DNA of 64,000 nucleotides from the human T2T-CHM13v2.0 reference genome, Homo sapiens. Positions within the stretch are counted from its first letter, which is position 1. Every line of letters begins with the position of its first letter. The DNA lies in assembly GCF_009914755.1 (NCBI RefSeq), contig NC_060932.1; one strand, given 5' to 3'. Positions 15,185-26,554 of this stretch are shown piece by piece. The position numbers and the translations under genes are program-made. A model generated the notes under the pieces. It worked only from the letters and a program-made list of their open reading frames with translations. It was not told where the DNA came from and did not search any database.

Positions 15185-16447
15185 AGCTTGCTTCCTAGCA
15201 CGTTTATTGGAGCCTTGGTTAAGCTTGGATGCGGATCAGGAGCCCCCACCAGAGCCCAGCCAGGCTGACTGGGGCAGGGCACTGCGGGGCCAATGTCCTT
15301 TTTCCCCATTATAGACAACAGTATTAAAAAAAATAAACTTTACAATAATACATTTTCGCTCATCTGTTGGGGTATTATTTCCATAGTTTTGTTGCTTAAA
15401 AAAAGGAAAGAAAGGGGAAACCACACAATATATGTATATGGATGTGTATATACATATATGTTAGGAGAGGAGCCCCGGTATGTACATACAGTTGACGTAC
15501 GTCTAGGAAATGAGGAAAGAGAAAGGGGAAAGGAGGAGGAGGGAGAAGACAGCAGGAAAGCTTGAGGGCCCACGGTGCTGCAGACACACACCCGGCTGTG
15601 GTCTCTCCCCTCCCTCTCCCCAAAGGGAGGCCTGCCAAAGGACCCACGAGAAAGCAAAGAAGCCAACAAAGGACCGTTTCTCTCTGACTTCAAAATTTCT
15701 GCCACCGAGAAAGAAGCTGGTGCCCAAGTTTTAATGCCTCGCCACAAGGGCTCTCCCAGGCAGGCTGAGCTCTCAAGCCCTCCTGGAGCTGGCCCCCAGC
15801 CCCAACACTCCGTGCTACAGTCAGGGGGAGCCCAGCACGGTGCGAACCCCCTCCACCGCCATCCGTGGGGAAGTTCCCACACCAGCTGCAGACCCACCAG
15901 CCCCACCCGAGGGCAGAGAGGGAGGGCAAAACCATCTCCATCCTTGAAGCCAAAGGGCTGAAGGTGGACCCTCATGGCCAGCCCCGCTGCCCCGCTGACC
16001 GATGCCCTCTGCCAGCCCCCAGCGGGTCCCCAGAGTGGGCAGCCTGGGGAAGCAGCTGTGTTGTCCTGCCCCCAGCCAGCCTCAGGCACAGCCCAGAGTC
16101 CCTTCCGCTGCAGGCTCTTGTCCGGTCTCTGCTTCAGAAGGGTCCAGAGAGAAAAACACCAGGAGAAAGTGAAGGGCATTTCTAGAGCCTCGTGCCCTCC
16201 CCGGCACCAGAGTTTCCCCTGCCAGGGGACCCCTGGGCCAGCTCTCAGGCTGCCTGCCTGCTTGTCTGTTTGGTTTACAAAAACTTCTCCAGAGAAGAAA
16301 CCTGGGAGGAGACAGGTTCAGCGACAAGGTGGGAAAAACAATTTTTTTTTTGCAAGGTGTGTGTGTGTCTGTGTGTGTTTCCATTTCGTCAGGCGGCTGT
16401 TCTTGTCTGCGTAGCTTTCAAAAATCTTCTGACTCGGTTCCCACAGC
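15185..16447 (-). other. GFRA2: GFRA2 3'UTR (proximal form; may extend to ~13570)
   Basis: Follows the stop codon with no interspersed repeats; ends near AATAAA at 15203-15208. The cleavage position is estimated. Confidence 0.75.
15203..15208 (-). terminator. Proximal polyadenylation signal AATAAA
   Basis: Plus-strand TTTATT; downstream on the minus strand lie ttttgttctt (15141-15150) and a GT-rich tract (15040-15095) typical of CstF elements. Confidence 0.75.
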
Positions 16448-16570
16448 CTACAAGGCCTGTTTCAGCATCAGGACAGACAGCACGGTCAAGGCAGCCGACG
16501 GTCTGGCTCTGCTGGGGCCTGAGTTAGGTTTGATCACCTTGTTACTCCCTGGGATGATATTTGTCGTGAG
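16448..16570 (-). CDS. GFRA2: GFRA2 last coding exon 9, GPI-anchor signal and stop
   Basis: ttcttctcctgctgcggactcag|CTC ACG ACA... encoding LTTNIIPGSNKVIKPNSGPSRARPSAALTVLSVLMLKQAL then TAG (16450-16448); hydrophobic C-terminal tail. Confidence 0.96.
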   Translation of the reverse strand, partial: LTTNIIPGSNKVIKPNSGPSRARPSAALTVLSVLMLKQAL

Positions 16571-16911
16571 CTGAGTCCGCAGCAGGAGAAGAATCAGGAA
16601 CAAAGAGAATGAAAACAAAGAAAACAGTCAGGAGGCCTGGGACCCGGCAGAGAAACGGACTCAGGAACTGGACACCTCAAGCCCCTGTCCTCTCTTCCAC
16701 CCACAGGGACCCTCCTTTGCACTCTGAAGGGAGCGCTGACTCTCCCGGAGCTGGCCCAGGCAGGAGCAGAAGGGAATGCTCTGTCCCTTCTGGTCACAAG
16801 CCCTGGGGTTTGGAGAGGAGGGCAGTGGTCACCAGGATAACAGGCTACTCCTCCCTGCATCAGGGCTGAGGACCTGCGTCCCAGTGAGGAGGCAGATGGT
16901 ATAAAGAGCTG

Positions 16912-17080
16912 AAGAAGGAGGAGAGAAGAAGAAGGAGAGGAGAGAGGAAGGAGAGGGGAAGGAGAGAGGAAAGGAAGGGGAAGGAGAGAGGAAGGGGTAG
17001 GGGAGAGGAAGGGGAAGGGAAGGAGAGAGAAAGGGGAGGGGAAGGAGAGAGGAAGGGAAGGGGAGGGGAGGGGAGACAAG
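16912..17080. repeat. Polypurine (GA-rich) low-complexity tract in intron 8
   Basis: Almost pure G/A: gaaggagaggggaaggagagaggaaagg... Confidence 0.9.
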
Positions 17081-17232
17081 GGAGCCCACATTCGCCCTGT
17101 TTCTCAATTTCTTCCAATCCCCACTCCTCCATGAAGCCCTCCCTGAACATCTTTGTCTGAGTTTCTCTTTCTTCTGTGAGGTCTCACACTGCCTTTTCTT
17201 CTCATCTAAGTTACTGTCTTGGGTCTATAAGT

Positions 17233-17320
17233 CATATATATATATACATCATATACATGAGATATATATATTTATATATACGTCATATATATGAGATATA
17301 TATATATATTTATATATATA

Positions 17321-17378
<58 letters not shown>
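17233..17378. repeat. (TA)n microsatellite, interrupted
   Basis: Long tatatata run, near-perfect over ~17330-17378. Confidence 0.95.
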
Positions 17379-17381
<3 letters not shown>

Positions 17382-17750
17382 CCTATAGTGGGGGTTTCTT
17401 CAAGGGAAGAACTGTGTCTGTTTCCACTTCTGTGCCTCCTAAATATCACAGCAACAGTGCCGAGCAGGTGGTCGACACAACTGTCTTAAGAGAGTAAGGA
17501 AGGCATGGGAGGGCCTCTGCTCAGAGCAGCCATTTGTCTCTCCCCAAGGAGAGAGCCAGGGGCCCTGGATGCAGCCTTCGCACTCCCCCACCCCACCCCA
17601 GCAGAGTAAGTGCCCACCCTGGTCCAGAAGCTCAGCTGGCCCAGCCCATGCGATGAGATTTGAGGGCGCTGGATCTGAGGCTCGCCGGGGAAATGCCGCC
17701 CCCCACCGGCCCAGCCTTCTGCACCCATCCCCACTCTGCCCCCAACTCAC

Positions 17751-17804
17751 CTCTGTGAAGCACATGCTTAACTCTTTGGAGTTGTTGGCCTTCAGCCCCT
17801 GCTC
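17751..17804 (-). CDS. GFRA2: GFRA2 coding exon 8 (54 bp)
   Basis: ctctctcgcag|GAG CAG GGG ... ACA GAG|gtgagt encoding EQGLKANNSKELSMCFTE, phase 0-0. Only partly visible in the ORF track. Confidence 0.95.
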
Positions 17805-19328
17805 CTGCGAGAGAGAAGGTGCCAGTCAGGACGAGTCACCAGGCTGTTCCTGGCTGGGCTTTGTCCAGAGACTTAGATGAGGCCCCGCCATGCACTGTTG
17901 GCTCCGCTAAGCACAGCCAGCGCACACGGTGAAGAGGGTAGCTCAATTCCACCCAGCACAAAAGGCTTCTGCCCTTCTCTGACACCCTCAGCAATTAGGA
18001 CCCGACTCCTCTGGCTCCTGGAGAACAGAGTTCTAACTCTGCTCCCAACTAGCGGCATTATATAGTCATCAGCCATTCGCATGTCTGTCCATATACTCAG
18101 CGCAACTCTTGGGCAGGGACCATGTCTTCTTTTCCTCACACTGAGCAGTGTCTGGTTCATAACAACAACTCAACAAATGTTTCACTAGATGCCTGCATCC
18201 ATGAATGAATGAATGAATGTCACAGATCATAAACAGCCTCCAAGAGCCAACTCCTGTTAATTTGCCATGGCTGATGGAGGGCTCTATATAAAAAGATCAT
18301 GAGCATTCATCTGGGCTTGAGGGGAAGAGAGGCATGATTGATTAGTGATGTCTGCCACTGGTCCATTAGGTGGATATCTGGCAACTGCACCAGCCCATTT
18401 CTGTCCTACACGGATGTGCACACCTGGGAACACTGTGGGCAAGGTGAGGGACGAGAAGGGCTGCCTTGGTAATGATTCCAAGATAGTCTACCCTGGTGTG
18501 GCCACCTGGATGCAGGGCCAGAGGGCGCACATGATGAACGGCCCTCTGTTATCATCACTGTAATGGAGATCCATGGGAACCAGCTGGGGATGCAGCGCTT
18601 CCATCCAGGATTCAAATGGCTTGTTCCCAGGGCACTTCCAGGGAAGTTCTGGCCACCAAAAGCAACTGGGAAGCCCAAGAAATTATGCCGCAATCACTGC
18701 CCTCGGCCAGAAGTATCAATAACCCCTTGGACATCACAGGCAATCTACCACCCAGGGCATCTGGTCAGCTAAACAAGACCCCAGCTGTCACATGGAGACC
18801 CTGGCCAAGAGTAGAGTCACTGCCAATGGTGGAGATAGGACCACGGTGATGATTAGCACAGCGAGAATGGAACCAGGAGTGTCCCCAGGTGCCAAGGTGA
18901 TGCCCAGCCAACTCCCCAGCTGTTGCCCTCTGCAGAAGGGCACGTGCTCGACAACTCTTCCAGACCCAAGGCCTGGACTCCACTCCCCAGGACTTGGTGC
19001 TGTTCCAGCTAAGACTGTGAGGCCACGGGGAAGGGTGTCAGGGAAAAAGAACACGCCCACCCCCTCAGAGGCTGTGCTGTCATAATGGCCTCGCATCTGT
19101 CCTCCCGAGTCCCTTGGCCAATCCTTGCTCAGTCACCTCAGTCCCTACTTGTGACATCCTATGGCTTGTTGGAGTCTGTGCCTGTGGCCTGACACCTACG
19201 GACACCCAGCGTCACTTCCTACTCTCATTGTTTCAGGTGTGGCAGGCCAGTCCCCGCCCTTTCTGGGAGTCCATGTCTTATCCCTACATCCCTACCCCCA
19301 ACAGAGCTCACTAAACCATTGGGAGCCC

Positions 19329-19505
19329 TCTCCTTTGTCCCCTCCCCATCTCCTGTGTCCCCTCCCCCCTCTCTCCCCTCCCCCTCCTCTGTCCCCTCCT
19401 CCTTTCCTGTCCCCTCCCCTCTCCCTCTGTCCCCTTTCCCTCTTTCTCCCCTCCCCTCTCCCTCTCCCTCTGTCCTCTCCCCTCTCCTCTGTCCCCTCCC
19501 CTTTC
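19329..19505. repeat. Polypyrimidine minisatellite (tcctctgtcccctcccc-type), inverted copy of the 20.1-20.9 kb array
   Basis: Repeated tcctctgtcccctcccc motif. Confidence 0.9.
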
Positions 19506-19606
19506 CTCACTAAACCAGTGGAGCCCATGGGGAATCACAGAGGCAGAAGCTCCCTGCACTCAAGATCCTCACCCCCATCCACCATAACAGCTCCATTTTT
19601 ATTTGT

Positions 19607-19668
19607 TTTGTATATTGGAGTCTTAGCTGTTTTGTATATTGGAGTCTTAGCTTATTTGTATATTGGAG
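19607..19668. repeat. 24-bp tandem repeat, ~2.6 copies
   Basis: tttgtatattggagtcttagct(gt/ta) repeated. Confidence 0.9.
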
Positions 19669-20064
19669 GTACGCATAAAATTGTTTGGATAATAGTCTAC
19701 TGCTTAACAAAATAAGGCTTGAGAAAACAACCGACAAGAAGGGCCCCAGGGTGGGGCCTGCACAATGTGCTGTGGCTGTGGGTGCCACTCTCAGGGGAGC
19801 CCCGGACCTAGACACTCTGCAGGGTTACACCCGAGGTCAGCCCATGCAGAGCAGCTGGCAAAGCAACCAGCACACACCAAGTGCATTTTCCCTGGCCTGG
19901 GAGCTTGGCCAGGTGTGGAGAGAGAGGATCTAAAGGCCGACGCTCCAGAGAGCAAAGGGGGCCTGCAACTGGACTTTGCTCCTCGGAGTGAGCAGAACTT
20001 GACAAGTTCCTCTTAAATAGGATAGAGTGGAGGGGACACTGGCAAGTATTACACAGGAAAAATG

Positions 20065-20920
20065 ACAGAGAAGAGGAGAGTGAAGAAAGGGGTGGAAGGA
20101 AGAGAGGAAACCAGGTGAAGGGAGAAGCAGAGAAATGGAAACAGGAAAGAGGAAGAGGGGGAGGGGACAGAGTGAGAGGAGAGGGGACATAGTAGAGGGA
20201 AGGGGACAGAGGAAGGGGGAGGGGACAGAGGAAAGGGGAAGGGACAAAGGAGAGGGCAGGGGAGAGAAGAGAGAGGGGACAGAGGGAGAGATGAAGGGAC
20301 AGAGGAGAGGGGAGGAGACAGAGGAGAGGGAAGGGGACAGAGGAGGTTAGATGGGACAGAGGAAAGGGGAAGGGACAGAGGAGAAGGGAGGGGAGAGAAG
20401 GGGAAGGGGACAGAGGCAGAGGGGAAGGGACAGAGGAGATGGGAGGGGAGAGAAGGGGAAGGGGACAGAGGCAGAGGGGAAGGGACAGAGGAGAGGGGAG
20501 GGGACAGAGGAGAGGGGAGGGGACAGAGGGTAAGGGGACAGAGGAGGGGGGAGGGGACACAGGAGAGGAGGGGACAGAGGATGAGGGAGGGAACAGAGGG
20601 GAGGGGAAGGGACAGAGGAGAGGGGAGGGGTCACAGGAGAGGGGAGGGGCCAGAGGAAAGGGGAAGGGACAGAGGAGAGGGGAGGGGAGAGAAGGGGGAG
20701 GGGACAGAGGGAGAGGGGAAGGGACAGAGGATAGGGGAGGGGACAGAGGAGAGGGAGAGGGGACAAACGGAAAGGGGAGGGGAGGGCATGGTAAGGGGAG
20801 GAAGCTGAGGGAGAAAGATAGCAGGAGGGGAGGGGACAGAGGAACAGAAGACAGAGGGAAGAAATAGAGGAAGGAGGCAACAGAGGGCAGGGGAGAGAAT
20901 AAAGGGGGAGGCAAGAGGGC
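20065..20920. repeat. Polypurine minisatellite, ~17-bp unit ggggaggggacagagga
   Basis: Dozens of degenerate GGGGA(G/A)GGGACAGAGGA units. Confidence 0.93.
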
Positions 20921-21221
20921 TGAGGACAACCACTGTACCCTCTCATCTGATGCTGATTATCAGGGGACAGTGAAACACCTCCCTGGGCCATCCCAAGGGA
21001 CATCTGCCCCAAGGTGTGGTCTCTGCCAGGGGCAACAGGGCCCTTGGGTGGGAGTGTTGCCCAGCAGCTGACCTTTCCTGAAGGTGGCACCTAGTGGCGG
21101 GAGGGGCAGAGAGAAAGAGAGACCACCTCTGATGCCAAAACCACCAGTGTCTCAAATTCAGTGCCTCCCTGCCCTCCAGGGGCTCATACTCTAATAGAGA
21201 AATAAACTCGCACATAACCAC

Positions 21222-21584
21222 TGATATGGTTTGGCTGTGTCTCCACCCAAATCTCATCTTGAATTGTAGCTCCTATGATTCCCATGTGTTGTGGGAGGGA
21301 ACCAGTGGGAGATAACTGAATCATGGGCGTGGGTCTCTTCCATGCTGTTCTCGTGGTAGTGAGTAAGTCCCATGAGATCTGATGGTTTTATAGATGGGAA
21401 TTCCCCTGCACACACTCTCTCTTTCCCAGTCACCATGTAAGACGTCCCTTTGCTCTTCATCTTCTGCCATGATTGTGAGGCCTCCCCGGCCATGTGGAAC
21501 TGTGAGTCCACTAAACCTCTTTCCTTTATGAATTACCCAGTCTCAGGTATGTCTTTATTAGCAGCGTGAGAACAGACTAATACA
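21222..21584 (+). mobile_element. THE1 (ERVL-MaLR) solo LTR
   Basis: tgatatggtttggctgtgt...aacagactaataca; 5-bp TSD accac. Confidence 0.92.
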
Positions 21585-22309
21585 ACCACCTTCACAGCAG
21601 ACGAATACACAGAGGGGAGAGAAGCCTGCCTGTGGGTCTAGGGAAATAGCCTGGAGCTTACTCCATCCCTACCCAGAGCTTCTCATCCCCTAGAGGCATC
21701 TGTGGCTCCAGTCCAAAAGCACACAGGCCTAGGCTGCAAGGATGGCAGGACACAAGGCTGCTAACAGCAAATCCTCCACCATGGAGGCAGCACAGGGACT
21801 GTGGGAAGAGCTGACCCCTGAGGGCTGTGCTGTGGGTGCCCCAGAAGCATCAAAGAACTGGCCCTTGCAGATGGCACTGGGGGAAGGACGCAGAAAGAAG
21901 AAGGACAGTGGGAAAGGCATGCTTCATCCTTCCATAGCTTTCTCCCAGGGATGCTCTGTTGCCCAGGAAGCGAGAAGGAAATCATTGTCTTCCTCCTCTT
22001 CCTTGCCCACCTCCTGCCTACCCCCGAAGCGCAGGCCGGCATTCCCAGAGCCTCGCTGGTCTGGCCCAGGCGCTAGTCTAGTGTTGTCCTGCTGGCTGAA
22101 GCCATGGCTCTCCTGCACTCCCTGCTTCTGGCCCTGGCCCCGCCCCTAAATCTCAGCGCTCCTGGCCTTCCTCCCTGACCTGCACCATCCCCAGTAACTC
22201 ACACCTCTCACACTGTCTCCATCACCACAACTCAGTGCTGCCTGTGACAGAAGACAATGCAGACAGGGTGTAGTTGTGAAGTGTGTAACACTTCATTTGT
22301 AAAACCAGG

Positions 22310-22392
22310 CACAGCAGACCCCCACTCAGCACAGCAGACCCCCACTCAGTATAGTAGACCCCCACTCAGCACAGCAGACCCCCACTCAGCAC
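22310..22392. repeat. 20-bp tandem repeat x4
   Basis: cacagcagacccccactcag x4, one variant tatagtagacc. Confidence 0.92.
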
Positions 22393-24690
22393 TCTGTGCT
22401 GTCCTGACTCTGTGCCTCGGCTCCGCTGCTGATTCACCTGGGGCAGCCTGCCCACTGCAACCCCACACCCATTCTCCCGATTCTTTTCAGGCCTAGCAGC
22501 AGGCACTGTTATGCCCACGGGTCCTTGGCCTCCACTCCCAGTCAACGCACTCTCTCCCTCTTCTGGACCCCATCACCCTCTACCAGTCCCGCACGCAGCA
22601 GGTGCACCAATCACCTTCTCCCTCATAGCCATGTGAGCTTCATCCTGTCAATCCTCCAGCACCGGGACCATGGTCCCGGCCCATGAGGCTTGTTAGCCTC
22701 GGTGCCTGGGATGTAGTGACGTGCAGTAAGAATTTCTGTTGAGTCAATGAATGAATGCACTGACCGGTCTCTCAGTCCCATGCTCCGAGGTCCACAGGTC
22801 TGTGTGCTGGGTATGAGACCCATCCAGGAGCAGACAGGAGGAGGGAGGAGAGAGAGGTGGCCGCTGGCTGCAGAGTCGGCTGCAGGCATGCAGTGAGGGG
22901 GGCCTTGGGGCAGTCTCTCAAAACTCATTTTTAATTTGCCCAAGATGTGACTGGCAGTCCAAATCACAGGTGGGCAGGTGGAGATGGGGAAGCAAAGGAG
23001 ATGGTATGTTGCAGGGCTCCCTGGTGCTGGGAAAGGTGGGACTCCAGCTGATCTGAAGGGGTCCTACAAATTGGCATTCTGGGCCCAGAGTAGCCCCAAG
23101 GGAGTGTCAGGGAGAACAGCAGGCCATGGCCAGGAAAGCACCAACCATCGCCCGTCTCCCTGCAGCCCTCACTGCACTGCCCTGGTCCAGGCCCCATCAT
23201 AAGACCACGAGTCTCTAACAAACCTTCCTACACCTTCAACAGAAAAGCATTTTCACCTCTGCAGCTTCCCAGTCCTGCGCACAGAGGGCACCTAGGAGAA
23301 GGAAGAGAGCTGCGGGCACTGAAACACACAGAGCCCATTCTCTAGGACAGCAGGGAGTTTCAATGAATCCAATGAACTGGGGACACCGGGGTCTCTCCTT
23401 CCACCTGAACAAAGCACCCACTCCATGCCAGGCACTGTGCACCCAGCTACGCAGGGTGACGCAGGAGGGTGAGATGCCACTATGGCCTCTGGGGGCCCTG
23501 GCCTAGCAGGGGAGAGGAGAACACATCACGATGGGGCCATGAACACGCAAAGCAGGAGCCCAGAGCAGGCGGAAGGCAACCTGGTGTGGACGGAATCGGA
23601 GAAGGCATTCCCAAGAGGTGACATCAGGGTAGGACGCACCAGGTGGAGAGGAGTGGACAAGGAGAGACGTCTTACTCAGAGGAACGGCCAAGTGCAGACC
23701 AGCAGGTAGCTCACCCATCCTGCAGGTGTCCAAGACTGACCTGACACTCAGGTTCCCTGCTCTAGAGCCCAGTGGGATGGAGAGAAGGGCAAGGGAATTC
23801 AGACAAGGTATATATTTAATATACATGGGCCGGGCCAGAAGGCCCCAGGAGAGACCATTTTGCAGGCCCTATCAGGCCTCTCCAAGGTCCACAGAGCCCC
23901 AGGGAGGCAGGGCTGCCCAGAGAGGGGGCCAAAGCCTGAAGGAGACACTTCTGAGAGTAGGACCTAAGACATCGGCCACAGGGCCAACTGGGAGGGGGCT
24001 CCTGGCTCTACTGTGGTGGCGTCCAAGACTCCCACAGCCCCACTGAACAGCCCCACTCCCACCGTGGGAAAGTCCTTTGTGGGGAGCAGATTTGGAGGAG
24101 GAGGAACCAGAAGGTGGCCAGGAGGCAGGGTTCCTGGCCCTTCTCGACTGCCAACTGGCTGTGGGGCTGTGGACATGCTGCTGTCTTCACCAGGCCTCTG
24201 GTGGCTTGGGTTTAGGAAGATCTTGGAGGGTCTTTCAAGTCCTGACATACAGATACCCACGTAGGGACCCAACTGGCTACCATCTCTGGGGTTCCCTAAG
24301 CCTTCCCCCAAGGAAGAAGGAAGGACAGAGGAGGACAGAGATCAGCAAAATAACCTTGCCTCTCCCTCTAGGGTGTATCTAGGGTGTACAGGCTCCCCCA
24401 CCCTTCCTCCCATCCAGGCTCAGCTCTCTGTCCCTGTGATCACTCAGGTACTCCCTTCTATAGCTATGGGTGCCCCTAACACCCTACGACCCCACAAGGG
24501 CCACCACAAAGCCACTCAATCAGAGATGGTCCAAGCTAGGGGAGCTGAGAGACAGGGGACAGATGTGGGCTGGGAAGGAGGGGAGGCACCCATGCCAGCC
24601 CCAGGCAAGCCAAAGGCAGGGGCGAGGGCTTATTCACTCGACACTTCCAGCTCCCAGCATGGGATAGCAGGTGCTCATTAAAAACATTGT

Positions 24691-25089
<399 letters not shown>

Positions 25090-26381
25090 CTATTTCTCCT
25101 CCTTTCCTCCTGGGAGGCTCTCTCAGCTGTCCTGCCCAGACTGACTTAGTCTGTAGGCCTCCAGCCACCTGCCAGGCAGCCTCCCCAGCCCCCGGATTTG
25201 TAACGCCTAACATTCGTGCAGCATTCCTCCATTGACCAAGCACTTTCGCATGTATCATGTCACATACAGATCACCCATATCTCCACTGAGATCAAACCAA
25301 GATTTGAGCAGGCCCCCGATGGTGAGACTGCACAAAACCAGGCTGGGGCTACAAGAAACCAAGCAACTGATGGCTCGGCAAACTGCAGAAGAAAAAGAAT
25401 TAAATGGGCCTCAGAATCATCAGAGCTGATGGTGAAGGGGGCTGGGTGGGGTTCCCAAAGCCACGGCTTTGGACCTTATGACCACAAGGAATCACAGTGG
25501 GAGTCCTGGGAAGGTTGCCAGCATCCTGCCAAGTCAGCCTCTCCCCAGATGGGCCGGTCCAAGAGGCTCAGGATGAAGGGTGCATGCAGGAGGCTGGTAG
25601 AGTCTGGAGGACCTGACAGATGGCACAGCCCCGACTGGCTGAGCTGCCCGCCGCTCTAGCATGAAATTGAGCAGTTGTCTGCAGAGCAGGACCCCAAGCC
25701 CCCTGCTTGCAGCCACTCAAGCATGCCCAGTGTCATTAGGAGCTGCCCAAGGGTGACAACAGCACCTCAGCTCCAATCAGGAGGGGAGCTAAGTGGAGGG
25801 AGCAGGACATGGAAGAGCTCCCCACCCAGTCGCCAGGAGGGCACTTGGAGGTCAGCTGCTCCTGAGCAGGGGAGCCCACAAGGGAGGGGGAAGGAAGCAG
25901 AAAGAGAAGGGGAGGACTTCCATAACCAGAACAGGCACATGCACTTCTGCAATGGGTGCCCAGGAGGGACTTGAAACCCCGCCAGGCTGAGTCCCTGGTC
26001 AAGCCTGCATCCTGGCACTGTGGAGGTGCACTGTTGACCCTAGGAGCCTGCTGCCCCACTCAGACGGGTGCCTCACTGCCCCACACACAGCCAGGACTTG
26101 TTCCCCCTGCACCTGCACCGAGGCTGTGCCCCACTGCCTGTTCTTCAGACCCTATAGCCTGCAAAGCAGGTATAACACTGTGATGTAACAGGGGTTTAAC
26201 ACTTGCAAGATGAATGCCCAAATAAAGGAACTGGTGAAGAATGACCCCCGGCAGCTCCTCCCTGCCTCTTGGGTCCCTGATCCAAAGGGAGGACCCTCCC
26301 TCCCTGGCCTCAGCTGAGTCATTTCCCATGCCACTTCCGGTGCCATGGTGCTCCCCCCACGCCTCAGCCACACACCCTCAC

Positions 26382-26554
26382 CTGGACAGACGTGCAGGTG
26401 GTGATGACACTGGTCCCCAAGCTGGTACTGTCACTGAGGTCATCTGGCAAAGAAGGCGTCTTCTCCACCCGAGGGGCCTGGGTGGCCTGGAACGAGGGGC
26501 CTTTTGGGGACACGTTCACGTCCGTGCCGTTGCCAAAGGCCTGGATGGCGTTCC
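26382..26554 (-). CDS. GFRA2: GFRA2 coding exon 7 (end of D3 and Ser/Thr/Pro-rich stalk)
   Basis: atcccag|GG AAC GCC ... GTC CAG|gtgagg. 173 bp encoding NAIQAFGNGTDVNVSPKGPSFQATQAPRVEKTPSLPDDLSDSTSLGTSVITTCTSVQ; C|GG Arg junction. Confidence 0.97.

Noticed and set aside
16461-16483. REST/RE1-like ttcagcatcaggacagacagcac
   Set aside because: Wrong half-site spacing and mismatches; explained by the coding sequence of the GPI tail.
19808-20929. 373-aa ORF and overlapping 247-aa and Gly/Glu/Arg-rich ORFs
   Set aside because: These are translations of a purine/pyrimidine minisatellite that lacks stop codons; low complexity and intronic.
19607-22392. Short direct repeats as CRISPR-like arrays
   Set aside because: Head-to-tail repeats without unique spacers, in primate intronic DNA with no cas genes.
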